Below, piece after piece: positions 23,201-36,355 of a DNA stretch of 64,000 nucleotides. The notes under the pieces were generated by a model. That model made no database searches. It was not told the origin of the DNA and saw only the letters and a program-made list of their open reading frames with translations. This DNA is from Azolla caroliniana (Eukaryota; Plantae; Polypodiophyta), in assembly GCA_043228905.1 (NCBI GenBank), contig JBHGNT010000092.1, positions 1-64,000 on the forward strand, in the 5' to 3' direction. How positions within the stretch are numbered: the first letter of the stretch is position 1; the number at the start of each line of letters is the position of its first letter. Position numbers and translations under genes: made by a program.

Positions 23201-26200
23201 CCCCTTAATCGAGTCGTATCGTCCCCGCAACCAAGAGACCAACTCAAACCAGATATTTATTAATACCTCACCACTAGGGATCTTTTGTTGTTGAAAAACA
23301 AACTTACAACGGTTGGTCCAAATGTTCCAGACCGATAAACAAGCCACCATCCTCCATATCTCTTCAAAAAGTTCTAAGTTAGTGCCAAGTCGAACTCTAG
23401 CCCGTTGAAACACCTTGCCACCTTGCATTATAAATCCATGTCCGTGAGGGTTTAACTGTTCAGCCCAACCTTCCCTTGTTAACTTCAGCCCCTGTACGGA
23501 CCCCCATACAACTCTCCCATTCACGCCGCATGCTGCCACTATCCGGAGACTTCTACCCCAAATGTTAATAGCCTCGTTACAATTCCAAAAACAATGAGGA
23601 ATTGATTCCAAAGGGTGACCACAAAATTTGCATCCAGCCTCACCACCACGACACCTAAGCCACGCCCCCACTGGTACAGCTTTGTGACTAAGAAGCCACA
23701 ACCAAAGCTTTATTTTTTCTGGCATATCGAACGCCCATAGCCTCCTCCAAAACGACTTCAACCAGCCATCAGAAATGCCTTTATCCTTCCAGCTATTGCA
23801 AGTTAGGGCAACACCCATCGATTTAGATCCAATGATTTGCCTTCCTAGCTTGGTAGTGTACTCGAAAAACCGTTCAAGTTTGTTCGTTCCCGGTTTCTGC
23901 CACCACACCTCTAGTGGATCCCAATCCAGATCACATATGGGCTTGTTGTCAACTATCCAAAGCTTACAATCAAATTGCAGCTTCCCTGGGTCCGGGTTTA
24001 CTTGCCACTTCTTACCTTCTAGCATTGCCACTCGTACTGCCAACCACTGGCCATTGTCTGCCAAAGCACTTAGGTTGCCCCACCACCGATACTCATTAGA
24101 TGGGCACCTACCTCGTATAATTTGTGCATCGTCCTCACCCACAAACCACCTAAACCAAACCCCCTCTTCTTCATTCAGCCTAGCTTGACCATCAACAGCC
24201 TTATCTATCAAATGGGTAATCTTTTCCAGCCTGCCAGTAAATCTAAGGCTACCAACCAGTCCCTCCCTTCTTCTCCTTTTGAACTCCTCCCAGTCTCTTA
24301 CTGAACTAACATTGTACTCTACCATTTTTCCCCATGGCAAGTATTTTTTCTGACCAAGCATCATACCATCATCACTTCGAATCCTGGGGTTCCAAAATAG
24401 AGGTTGACGGAGTTGTTCCTCCATTGTTTTTGGCTGCATTAAGACAAGCCCCTCTCTTAAACTTGACCATGCCCTCATTATGGAGCGGGCCACCCTATCC
24501 TCCATGCTAGTAGGTTCTTTTAACGTTAGGCCTGGACTAAACAACCACCATGTCTTTGTCGTCCAAGGGCCGCCATTCCTCGGACACTAGAGTTTAACTC
24601 TGTCTCTAAGAAGCAATTTCCACAATTCTGGTCCAGGTTGGAGACTTCGCACCAAGAGCTTACCAAGTAAAGCCTTACTTTGGTGAACCGGATCCACCAG
24701 CCAAAGTCCACCTTGACTTTTTTCCTTGATCAAACAACTCCAGGCCACTTTAGCTGACGTTGTCTCATGGTCTCTACCCGACCAAAGGAATCCTCTCACC
24801 ATTGCCTTAATATTTTTTATGCAATCTTTATCTAACATCCAACATGGCAACGAGTGCCACATGGTGGCCAACAAAATGTGGTTTACCACAACCACTCTAC
24901 CTGCAAGGGAAAGCTTTACTGATGTCCATAACCGAAGCTTTTTTCTAATTTTGTCTTTCACTTGCTCAAGCTGCTGATTTTTCTGAATCTCTACTCCCAC
25001 CAAAAAGCCCAAATACTTAACAGAGCTTCCATTAGGAACCCATTGAAAATCAACATTAGGTTGCCAATACGGCCTGGAGTTTGGACTTACCCAAAACCCT
25101 CTACTTTTGTTCCAATTAATTTTCTCCCCTGATGCTTCACAAAACAACTCAATTCGTTTTTCAGCCTGCTGTAAATTAGCATCATTGCCTTGCAGATAGA
25201 GCATAGTGTCATCTACATACATGGAGTCCAACAAGCCCTTGCAAGCATGTGGGACAACCAAACCCCGAATTCCTCCATCCGGTCTATTTAGAAAGAAAGA
25301 GAATGCCTCTGAAATAAATAAATAAAGATAGGGGGCCAATGGGCACCCCTGCCGGACAGACTTGCATAATGGCATTGATGGGCCCCGTTGCCCTAATACC
25401 AACACCCTACTCAAGCTTCCTTTGTAAAGGGCCAACGCAGCTGCTCTCCATTTTGAGGGTAGTCCCAACCGCTCCATGACTTTGTCTAAAAACGGCCACT
25501 GTACTCTGTCATATGCCTTCTCAAAGTCAAGCATGAGGCATGCAATATGTTGATTGGTTTTCTTCGCCAGGGCAATCGCTTCCCAAAAGGTCAACACATT
25601 ATCAATTATACATCTATTTTCCATGAATCCTGTTTGTCCAACACTAATTAGCGCATGTAAGAGGGGTTTGACCCTCTTGGCCAACATATTAGCAAAAATC
25701 TTATAGATTGTGTTGAGCAGCGTAATCGGTCTCCATTGCCTCACATTCGTAACTATACCCTTTACCTTAGGAATTAGAAATATTAGTCCCTCTTTAAAAT
25801 GTTCAGGGAGGTACCCATCATCCCATGCCTCATTTAGTCCAGCAATCAGGTCAACCTTAATTAGTTCCCAAAAAATTTCATAAAAATCTTTTGATAATCC
25901 GTCATCGCCTGGACAAGATGTACTACATATACTTGCCAAAGCGTCTGACACCTCTTCTTCCGAGAGTGGCCCTGACAACTTAACTTGTGCAACCTCTGAA
26001 ATTCTTGGTTGCATTCCCTCCAATACAAATTCTGCTAGCGAAGGCTGGGTTAGGAGCATGTAGCCCACAACTCGACTCGACCCTAAGTTTGTTGATAATC
26101 AAATTTAAATAGTTGCTTCAGCTTCAAGGTATAAAAACGGATTTAAATAGTTTTACAAGTGTCATATGTGAGATTCGAACTCATAACCTCACATATCAAC

Positions 26201-26344
26201 CACCAAGTGTGAAACATTTAGTAAGTATTTTTATGAGTTTATATATTGTGAAATGCACATAAGAGATCAAAACCACTCTACTTAGCTTCTTACTACTTAA
26301 TCAATTTATAGTTGATACAACAGAACCCATTTGGGTTGGCTTGG

Positions 26345-26464
26345 CTAAAAAGGGTGTGCTAAAAGGGTGGGTCATTTTGGGCACACGCATCCTAAAAAGG
26401 GTGTGCTAAAAGGGTGGGTCAACTTGGGTACGTGCATCCTAAAAAGGGCGAGCTAAAAGGGTGG
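26345..26464. repeat. 47-bp tandem repeat, ~2.5 copies
   Basis: CTAAAAAGGG.G.GCTAAAAGGGTGG unit starts at 26345, 26392 and 26439. Confidence 0.85.
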
Positions 26465-28379
26465 CACAAAGGAACACATGCACACCACAATATTATCGTC
26501 ATAATTATATCTTTTGGAATTGCGTACAAGCTCCCATGCATCACGCATTAACTTGTAGTGGTTGCACATCGCATGCATCATGTGCACTCTCATGTACTCT
26601 TGTTTTAACACCTATTTAAGAAGATGGAAGTGAAGCATCTACTCTAGGCATCAAATAAAATATATATAATCAATTGGTCAAGCTAGATGATCATCAAGAA
26701 GGTTTCTCATGTCTCAAGATCCTGAAGGTGAAATATTATAACTTTGATAATAAAAACTTATATTTCGAATTAAAATGGAGCATATTTTTATCTTCTTTAA
26801 TCCTACACTATCTTTATCTCTTGTTTATACTTGTCTCTCTCCCTTTCTTTTACGTCACTCCTTGTTCATAACTTTCGTGGCTTGATACACAAATCATGAC
26901 CTCTATGAAAACTCATAAACTGGACAAATGAGTTGAAAAATGGGAAGGACCCAATACGCAAGAGGGAGCCTAGGAATGGGTTCAACGCACACGAGGGAGT
27001 CGCAAAGAACCCTTGACCCTAAAAAGAATGCACAAAGGCCATCAGTTTGCGAAGTCTGGAAGCACACAAAGGTTATGATCCCTCAAGGCTCAAACCAACA
27101 CAAATGTATGGACGTTGTGAGCCCACATAGGCGTTGCACAAGACAAAAGCACGAAACTCTAACATAAGCACAATGTACGAAACTTGCAAACACCCAGACG
27201 CCCACCATTACACTAAGGCCACGTTTACATGAAGGTTGTAATTACACGAAGGCCACAATTACATTGTTGTGATGTGGGGTGCTCATGAGAGGAAAAGCGA
27301 CATATTCAAGATATATGATTGAAGGATAAGCCAAAAGTCTGCCATGTATGGTATTATTTAAAATAAAAAACATAGCTCGATCAACTAGAGTTTACTCTTA
27401 AAATGATAAGGTCAAATGTTTGAATCTCATATGCACCACGAGAGGTATTATGCGGATTTAATGTGTCAAACGAATGAACTGTGAATATATGAACATAATT
27501 ATTAGTATTTTGCTCACACTAGGCGCTATGAGAAGATAAATATAGGTGCATGGAAAAGTGAAAAAGCAAAGTGCATGCCAAAAAAGAGATTCACTATTTT
27601 TATTTGCATGAGGAGCTCCAGAAACTTATAAAGGGAGAAGAGAGTTCATTGTCATGAATTGGATTTTAGCATAATGTGAAAGTGTTGCCAAGATTCGAGG
27701 TGGCTAGGGGTTGCAATTCAAGAGGGCGTGGCATGTAAGACCAACAATGACAATAGATGATGTGGTCGTAGTCTATTGGGATGTTGCAACGAAACTCGAG
27801 GATCCCCTCCCTAAAGCTCTAGCCCTAAATCATATACTCCTCTATCTCATCTACTTACTAGTAACTACCATAAAAATCACTCCACATAACAAAGTTGAGG
27901 TTTCACCTCATTATATATTGATTCAATTGTGAACTTTTGATGTAACATGTTATTTTAGCACCCATATAAATTTATTTATGGTAATCCTACTATCTATGTT
28001 AATCATGATCAAACAATAATTGTGACAACTTTTTTGGCTCATAAATCCAAGCATGAAGTGTGAAGATACTAGAACATTCCTCTAATTTAATGGAAACCGA
28101 GCCCCTGGATTTCACATTAGAGGGTTCATACTGCTATCACAAAGAGGTCACAACAAAATTTTCAGAACATAAATCTAAGCTACAAACGAAAATGGACAAA
28201 GAAATGAAATTTTTGAACAGGAGTCAAATTGCCACGTCACTTGCACCAAAATCAGCCTTCCATTTTTAACTATATGAAAAATAAAGAGCTTATCCACACA
28301 AAATTTGAGCCCTTTTTTGCCACTTTGTTGTCCCACAAAAAAAAACCCACCCCACTTTGCAAGTATGGGTAGGTGCAAG

Positions 28380-28852
28380 GAGTCATTTACCAGGAAGCGA
28401 TCCCCGTCGACTGAGAGTTTAATGATAATTTGGTTTAATCTTATTTCTACGCTACAAGGAAAGTTTGACAGCCTTCAGGGGCCCTTTGACACGAGTGAAG
28501 AAGCTAGATACCGCTACCTTCTAAAATGGAGAGGTTCTTCGATGCTACAAATGATGGATGACAATGCAAAGTGGATTTATCAGCCATCCCGGTGGTTGTT
28601 TCCTCCGAGGGTACCAAACATAGAGGTGGGTGCCGAATTGTGAAGAGATTAGAGGATGTCTTTGCCGAATGTGGGTTGTGTGAGGCTCATGTTGAGGGGA
28701 TTTTGTCGAGTAATATTGTGATGGGGCTTTGTTGCTTCATTTATACATGTTTTCTTGTACCCATGCAATTTGGCTTGTTACATGTGAGTTGTATATTATC
28801 CTATGTACTTTTTCTTAACTAATGGAAGTAGTAATTTGTTTGAAAAAAAAAA
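28380..28852 (+). mobile_element. L1-type LINE 3' fragment
   Basis: IWFNLISTLQGKFDSLQG...LLKWRGS...WIYQPSRWLFPP is homologous to the L1 C-terminus at 17330-23300. A-tail at 28843-28852. Confidence 0.8.
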
Positions 28853-31800
28853 CACTACCCACAACTTTAAGAAAAGGAGATATTACTTCCAACATACCCT
28901 ATGATGACCAATAAAATACATATAGTCAACCTAATAAACTTACATATTTATTTAACACACCCACATTCGTACTTAAATACATGCATTCATACATACACAT
29001 GTATACATCATATATTCGTTCATACATACATACACACACACACACGAAAACCTTACACTCTCACAAGAATTTTGTAAAATGAAAAATCCTAAATCATAAA
29101 CTCTAAAAAGCAAATGCAAAAACTAAGTGTCCACAAGCACTCTAACATCGACGACTCCACATATCATATCCTCTCTAGTTCAAGACTCTAGTGATCCCAA
29201 TCATATTTCACACGCACCCGTGTATCTTCGAGACTACGTGAAGGCCACAATTACATGATGGCTTAAGAACATGCAAAGGCTTTACAATAAAATATGCATA
29301 TAAGTTTTTAGGGAAAGCAAAGCACGAAAGGAGCACATGATGATTGATTGCAAGAAGGCAAATAAGCATTTTGTCTAGCTAGGAATTCAAACAAGAAACC
29401 TCTCCTAATCACCCCTCCATTGGCATCACATCTTCCTTGGTCCAAGTCCTTAGTGACCCCTCTTAAGTAGCATATGCACACACAATTATACATATTATCC
29501 ACAAGCAAAATTATTGGATGAGGGGACCACCAACATGCTTCAACGTTGTCGTGAAACCAATGTGCGCTTGTGTTAATATCGAGTAGGACCTCATGGGACT
29601 TGATCAAGGGAAGATGGTGTCCTTGGCGAAAGGTTGAGGGTGAGTAATATACTTGAAATATGTGGGAACACTTGGAATTACCACCTTTTGAGAATGCAGG
29701 GTATGTTGTGATAGCCATTTGGGGATATTTGCTCGAATCTATACTAACTTGTTTCTCTTTCAACGAGAAGTAGAGGCACCCATCTCTTTTCCCTTACTCC
29801 TTCTCCCCCACTTTTCACTTCTCCCTTTTTTCAACCTCAACATATTTAGCAAATTTTGTAGCAACCCTTAAACAATCTTGAATATTAAGAATGCCATTAT
29901 AAACCTTTCATCGACTATAGAAATACATGAAGGTGGAAATTCTAATACATGAATTTTGTTGCACTAATTCTAATACATGAAGGTGGAAATATTTTCCTCC
30001 GATGACCATAAATCCTGAAAGAGACCAAAATCAAAATACACACAAGAGTTACCATCCTAATTATCTCAAAATGAAGAACACTAAAGTCTATTGAAATAAG
30101 AGATTAAAATGCTCAAACAAGGTTGATCACCTCTAACTACGGTTCCTAGACAAATGTGAGTATGTTAGACTTGCTTCACACATCATTCCCATAGTAGAGT
30201 TGAGGGATGGTTGGAGTGCAATGAAATTATTGCAATCATTAAAATTGAGAAGGGAGGACATTTGTACTAGTGGAGGACAAGAGTTTCGGGACACAAAAGT
30301 CGAGCCTATTGGTGACATGAAATATTGAGAAACAGTGAGGCCCAACATTTATTGCATTAATGAGATGGGCTTGAAAAACTTCTTTAGGTCATCTAAGAAG
30401 TAGTCATGCATGGCATTAGTGGTGAATTTTGAAAGTGATTAAAGTTCAAAAGCGACGAAAGGATATATTTAACTCGTATCAAATGTTATCACAAACTCTT
30501 ATCTATGGGGCTAGTTGGGATGGAGACTTCACTAAGGTCTATGGACAACTTCTAGTATTTATGGAATTATTGTTGTTCAAAAGTTGGGCTCCAAGAACAA
30601 AAGCTAGAGTGGCATGACTATGTGGGTGGCGGCTTGGATGTCGCAATCAATTGTGTTCATATCTTCAAGATTCAAGATTTAGATAATGTAATCATGAGTC
30701 AAGCTATATTTGCACTAGTATGTGGGTGTATTTGTGTTACTCCTTTTTTGTGGAGGCAATGGTCAAGAGTGACTTGGTGATATCGATGTGTTGGAGGTGA
30801 AGGTGGTTTGTCATTAATTAGTGTAATTACTTGTAATTACTTGGTGACTTGATGGAGTTGTTGTCGTCTAGCCCATCAGAGTTGTAATTCTCAAATTCTT
30901 TTATTGTTGTGTTAATGGTGTTATGATGTCTTATTCCTTTATAATAGGATTCTTCAAAGGATATGCTAATATAAACTAATATTAATACTATGTGTCTTAC
31001 TACATGTCTCCAAAAATTGTCATTGTCAATGATTTTGAGTGCAAGTTACTGTCTCGATTTGCGTTGACTCTTTGCTAGACAAGTTAGTTGGTGTATAAAC
31101 ACATACACTTTCTTAGAGCATATGGTGTGTTGGATTGTCCTTTCTATGATGTGCAGGCTAGATTGGCGCATGTTGTTTTCTTCCTATAGGGACTTCGCTT
31201 TAAACATGTTTAAGAGAGCATGATTGTTCGAGATCTCAAGCTCCTTAGTCAAGTGCACGGTTATTCATCCACATGTGTGGGTTTCTTCTAGTGTAGGTTC
31301 CTTCAAGTGCACTCTCATTTTAGTGTGTGTCCGTTTTTCACTGTGATCGTTCTTTTAAATTACATTATTTTCACCATATGCTTATCTAAGGACATGCTTT
31401 TTGGTTGAGCATGCACTTGTCATTTTAACACTAGCTTGTTGGTAAGAAGATTGTTTAAATTGACATATTGTATTGCTCTTTGGGGGGGGGGGGGGGGGCA
31501 CTATTTGATTGGGGATCCCATAGTATTGTTAGGGACTACAATGTGCACTCATTAGAGGCATGTGCGAGGACAAACTCTTTAATGACAATGGAATCAATGA
31601 CGGAAATGGAGTCAACAAAAATGATGGTGACGAGGAGAAGGAGAGTGTTTGGTGGTTATAAAGATGAAGATGGAGTGGGGGATAGTGATAGTGATGGTGG
31701 GTAAAAGAGGGTGAATTTTGGTGATGAGGATCAAGATGTTGGAGAGTGTGCAGTGGGGTCTAGTGGGTAGCTATAATGAGTTTGGGGTAGCTGGTGAGGA

Positions 31801-32369
31801 TGTTATGACAAGGTGAGATTTGTTCTTCTTGGTAGTGATGGCATGTGCATTAGCAGTGATGTTGAATGTTAGATTTAAGGGGGGGGGGGGGATTATGGAG
31901 AGGAGGTTAGAGATGAACAAAGTTAGATAAAGAGGAACGAGGAAAAGACAAAGAAGGTTGTGAGGGAACAAAAAAAGGGTGCAATAAATCAATAAATAAA
32001 AGAAAACTCCGATTGTGAAAAGAAAAGAAAAGTGGAAGAGAAATAGGAAGTAACAAACTATCTTTCAAGTTTGGTTGTGAACCTACAACCTTTGTGACTT
32101 GTAGGGAAAACAATGGGATCAAGTTAGTAAAATGGGAATTTTTTATTGTGCAGTCACACATGGCTTGTGTGAGTGGAGCTACAAGTTTGGTTCACATCCT
32201 GGTGATGGTTTGCCATTGTTTTATAAACTTCCATGGTGTAAGATGGTCTTGGATGCAGTTACCAGTGGATTGGGTAGAACTATACTACATTCCAGTAGTG
32301 TCATGGTGCCAATGGCATAGTGTGAAACACCCAAGTCACATGCATTCTCACAATTCCACAAGCATACCT

Positions 32370-33280
32370 TTAGGAGGTATATTTGATATCCCAATCATAT
32401 TCCGAGAGGAACTTGCCCTATCATGTCCTTCGGCTTGTCGGCCTTTCTCCCTCAAGTACCTTGAATGTTCAACAAAGGTTGGTAATATGGGTTCTTACCT
32501 GTATTACGCCTCAACCCGAGTTGGCATTCTTACTTCAAATCACTTGAAACTTACCCAATGCCCTCATAAAATTATACAAACCAAGTTGTTATTGACACGA
32601 GAGAAACGTGTTACAAAATCCTTTCTTGATGTTTTGAATACAACTTCCAAAAAATAATTTGGATCTTTACATACATTGTCAACAAAATTGTGGCCCACCA
32701 GAGCATTAGGTCACTAGAGAACCAGGTCTATAAATTTATATTTTTCCCATAAGGAAATAAGTAATACCTTTATAACATAACATTAAGAAGTCTTTGAGGA
32801 TGGTTGACAACTTCATGTTATGTGGCCCAATATTGCTTAGTCATCTCCTCTTTGCATATATATTCAATAGAATTAGAGCATTAAGCCACTAGATAACCCA
32901 TGAGTTTTTTTTTCGTGAAGAAATCCATAACACCCCTATCGTAGAAAATTGAGAAGGCTTTGAGAATGCTTGTTTGTGACAATTTCATGGCGTGTCGCTC
33001 AATATTGCTCTATAATCTCCTCTTCAAAAGAAAATAAAAACTTAAGCCTTTGCATACATCTTCAATAAAAATGTGGCCCGCCAAAGTGTTAAAAGCTTTT
33101 ATAGAACCCAATAAAGTAATGGTATTTTTCGAAGTAAAGAAATAGGTAAGACCTTTGTCATAAAATATTCCATACACCTTCAACAAATCTATGTCCCACC
33201 ATAGCATTAAGTCAACCTTCAACCATAATATGAGCAAAATTCTAGAACATTGCAAGACATTATCAAATCCACACATAGTA
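32370..33280 (-). mobile_element. Highly decayed Ty3/Gypsy RT-RNase H remnant
   Basis: Minus-strand translation near 32380-32425 gives R-T-*-*-G-K-FLSEYDWDIKY, resembling the RNase H end motif RW..FL.EYD..I.Y. MCGFDNVL near 33276 weakly recalls MCIDYR.LN. Confidence 0.4.
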
Positions 33281-35290
33281 GTATTGCATGAATCTAGCCA
33301 TGCATGTGGTTTGGCTAGTTAGTGAAATGCATAAAAATACTATTTATGTGTTATTTTCTTGGTATCTAAACTTAAATAATTAATAAATTAAGTATCCCAT
33401 CTATTTCTCAATTTGATTTTAGTTTTAACAATAACAAATTACAATAGTGGTGAAATAGACACGAATGTAATTAACAAAAGCTAAGATACTTTAATGACTA
33501 TTCAAAGAATCCAAAAGCTAAGACACCCTAAGACTTCGAATGGTTGGAGTCGTGTTTTAATTTGATGTGTTATCATTGTAACGCATCATGCAAACCTTAT
33601 CTCAAATGTAGAGTACTGGCATGATGCTTTGTTTATGGCACATCAAACATGATATTGTTAACATTATATTTCCTTGAGAAGATATAAATGTACAACTTTC
33701 ACATAAGACATTGCATGCTTAGACTCATGTGATATTGAGAGTGTTGTTTTGGCAAGAAGTTGCCTTTGACAAATCCTCTTGACCATAAAGCACACAAACT
33801 TTCTCTGTACCATTCAAATTTGTCGCAATTTATATGTACCACGCTCCATGTTAACCAACAAGAACATGATACAAATTGTCAAAATTAAAACTAACGTAAA
33901 GCGTTACACCATCTTGTGAAATCTACTCATTTTAATAACAAACAAAATGGCGAGAGACTTTAAAAAATGTCATTGTTGTACGAGTCGCTACTAAAATCAT
34001 TGTGGTCGATTTGAATGTTGAAGAATTCTACTTCTAGGTTTAAAACTGACAATTTCTAACAACACCACCATATATGTTCACTTTACGTATCCATATTTGT
34101 TTTCTCTTTCTACAAATTGTGGGAATAAAGGACTTGATTACGGGTGTAGACTGGAGGGTCCAATTAATTTGATGGATAACCACATCTTACTAATTCTAAC
34201 AAATAATAGCATATAGGACGGGACACAAATACCGCATTGAACAACAAATACATGATACTAGTTGAACGTCGATTACAAAGAGTCTCTAGAAGGCATGGTA
34301 AAAAGCACGGTTCAACTCAGGCACCTAGTGTATACACCTAGGCTTTTAGTTGATAAAGAGGCCACGACGCAAAAAAGCACGGATGGTAAAAAGCGTGCTT
34401 TGGTGCCTGGGGTAGCAATTGTGTGGACCCGGGCTCATCTACGGTCAAAGAAGTCGTGACATAGGAAGCACAGTTAAGAATGCTCTTACGCAAGTGCTGA
34501 TGGTGTGTGTGTGTGTAAAGAAGTTGCGGTAGCAACCTTGCTGAAAGCTAGGTGTGAAAAGGTTGTATGGTCCACTTGGAGATGGGGTGGGGAATAACAG
34601 GTGAGTGTCGACCGACAACAACAAGCGATTTTGTGCCTTTGCTTTATATTATGATTTGTTTTTTTGCTTTGACCCCAATGGCTCTCTTTTCCTGTTTTGC
34701 ATATGTATATAAGCATGCATGCATGCAATGTATGTATGTATGTATGTATTGTGATCGAAAGTCAAGGAAGGTTTTTTTTTTTTAATATTTAAAGAAGATA
34801 TCATTGTCATTAGTGTAAACATTTTACAAGATTTTTAAGCTCTATGTGATAAGCGGGGGGGGGGGGGGGAACAACCATTTAGGAAGCTGAAAATGCCAAT
34901 AAGGAGTACCGTAATCGGATGTCATGAATGGAGTAGCTGACCAGACCAGACGATAAGAAACTCATTGCCGATATTGCAATTTTTTTTGAGCAATCAGAAT
35001 CTCTCCTAATTATGTATACCATCCCAAAATTGACCCGTTCAAAGTATGAACTATGTCTAACCAAATATTTTGGAACCAATTGAGCTGCTCATGTTTTAAG
35101 TTATTGATGGAAAATAGAGAGAGAGAGCAGAGAGACTTTCCAATTGAAAGTCAAGGAAGGATGCATATGAAGAGGGGGGGGGGGGGGAATATTCTTCTTA
35201 TTCACAGAATAAGAAGAAGAAGAAGAAGGATGTGAGGAAATAACAGACAGAGAGGGTCCACAGACAAAGAGACACAGAGACACAGAGATT

Positions 35291-35321
<31 letters not shown>

Positions 35322-35492
35322 AAAGAAAGAAAGAAAGAAAGCTTGATGACATGTCTCCAGAGTCCATTCTTACAGGTAACAGCAGTTATTATTTACTGCT
35401 CTGTTCCCTGCTTTTCTTTTGTTTTTTTGGATCTTTTTTAAGTATCTACTGCATTAATATCTTGAAACAGTAACCTTTTCCTTGTACACATT

Positions 35493-35532
<40 letters not shown>

Positions 35533-36025
35533 ACCACTTATCAACATCTGCATAAAAATGCAAGGAATGCAAGAAATGCAGAGGACCCATCATCAGTATA
35601 CATATCATGATTCCCAAAAGACCTCATCATCTCCATTCACTGAGAAGATCAATTGCTTTTTTTATTATCCAGGGATCCTCTGTTCTTCTCTCATTTTGCA
35701 ATCTTACATTCAGAGAGACAGGAGGCAAGAGAGAGACAGACGGATTTAAAAAATAGGTTCAAGCTATTGTATATCCTAAAAAGCTTATACTTGTCCATAC
35801 GTTTTTGATTCTTTCAACCCTTTCACCCAGAGTTCTTATATATTCTTTTCTTCTCTCTTTGTTGATCCATTGATAGAGGAGGAAGAAGAAGAAGATAAGA
35901 GAAAAGAGGAGAATTTACTGTCCCCCCCCCCCCTTTTTCCCCCTCAAAAACCAAGAAGGAAAGCAAGACAGGTGCAGAGAGAGTGAGTGAGGGATTGAAA
36001 GAGAGAAAGGAAAAATTGGAGAGGC

Positions 36026-36090
36026 GGATGCATCTCAGTTGGTAAAATTATCTGGTGCAGAGCTGAAGGTCATGGGCTCAATCCCTACTA
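36026..36090 (+). mobile_element. tRNA-derived SINE head upstream of the USP-domain gene
   Basis: GGATGCATCTCAGTTGGTAAA...GGTCATGGGCTCAATCCC is similar to the head at 5511-5580. Confidence 0.55.
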
Positions 36091-36355
36091 CTAATCTGAA
36101 GTGACATCCAGTAAAATCAGTGCAATTTTCCAGATTTTGAACCCTGGTGCATGGTTTAAGGAAAAATATCCTATGGGATTTATTACCAGGATACAACCCT
36201 GATGCAAGAAGCAAGAAAGGAAAATCATTGTGTTGATGTCCAAAGAGAAGGGAAGTGGTGAGATGGTTCACTGCTAGGAAGGATACAACCCCAACAGGAA
36301 AGAAACAAAAAGAACAATCATCATGATGCTGTTGAATTAGAAGGAAGGCGATACA

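Larger units (their letters stand above)
17143..26068 (-). mobile_element. 5'-truncated L1-type LINE (RT + zf-RVT) split by Copia #1
   Basis: RT motifs CPGDDG, WRPITLLN, QTGF, LDFEKAYD, VRQGCPLAPYL, YVDD, KYLG in 24587-26068, and C..C...ESIPHCFWNC in 23206-24544. The reading ...YDSIKG continues as ESDAA...KWGNSPM...WHYQAPRWLF on the far side of the Copia (below 17485). A-tail at 17143-17149. Confidence 0.88.

Noticed and set aside
26160-27440. Two degenerate B-box-like motifs (near 26170 minus and 27418 plus)
   Set aside because: A boxes are unclear and no termini or TSD define an element.
29300-32360. ORFs of 60-190 aa and purine-rich tracts
   Set aside because: No recognisable domain. Probably old retroelement remains, but not supportable.
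35348-35749. Possible upstream exon or uORFs of the USP gene (donor CAG/GTAACA near 35376)
   Set aside because: No similarity to conserved uORF peptides I recognise, and transcript data would be needed.
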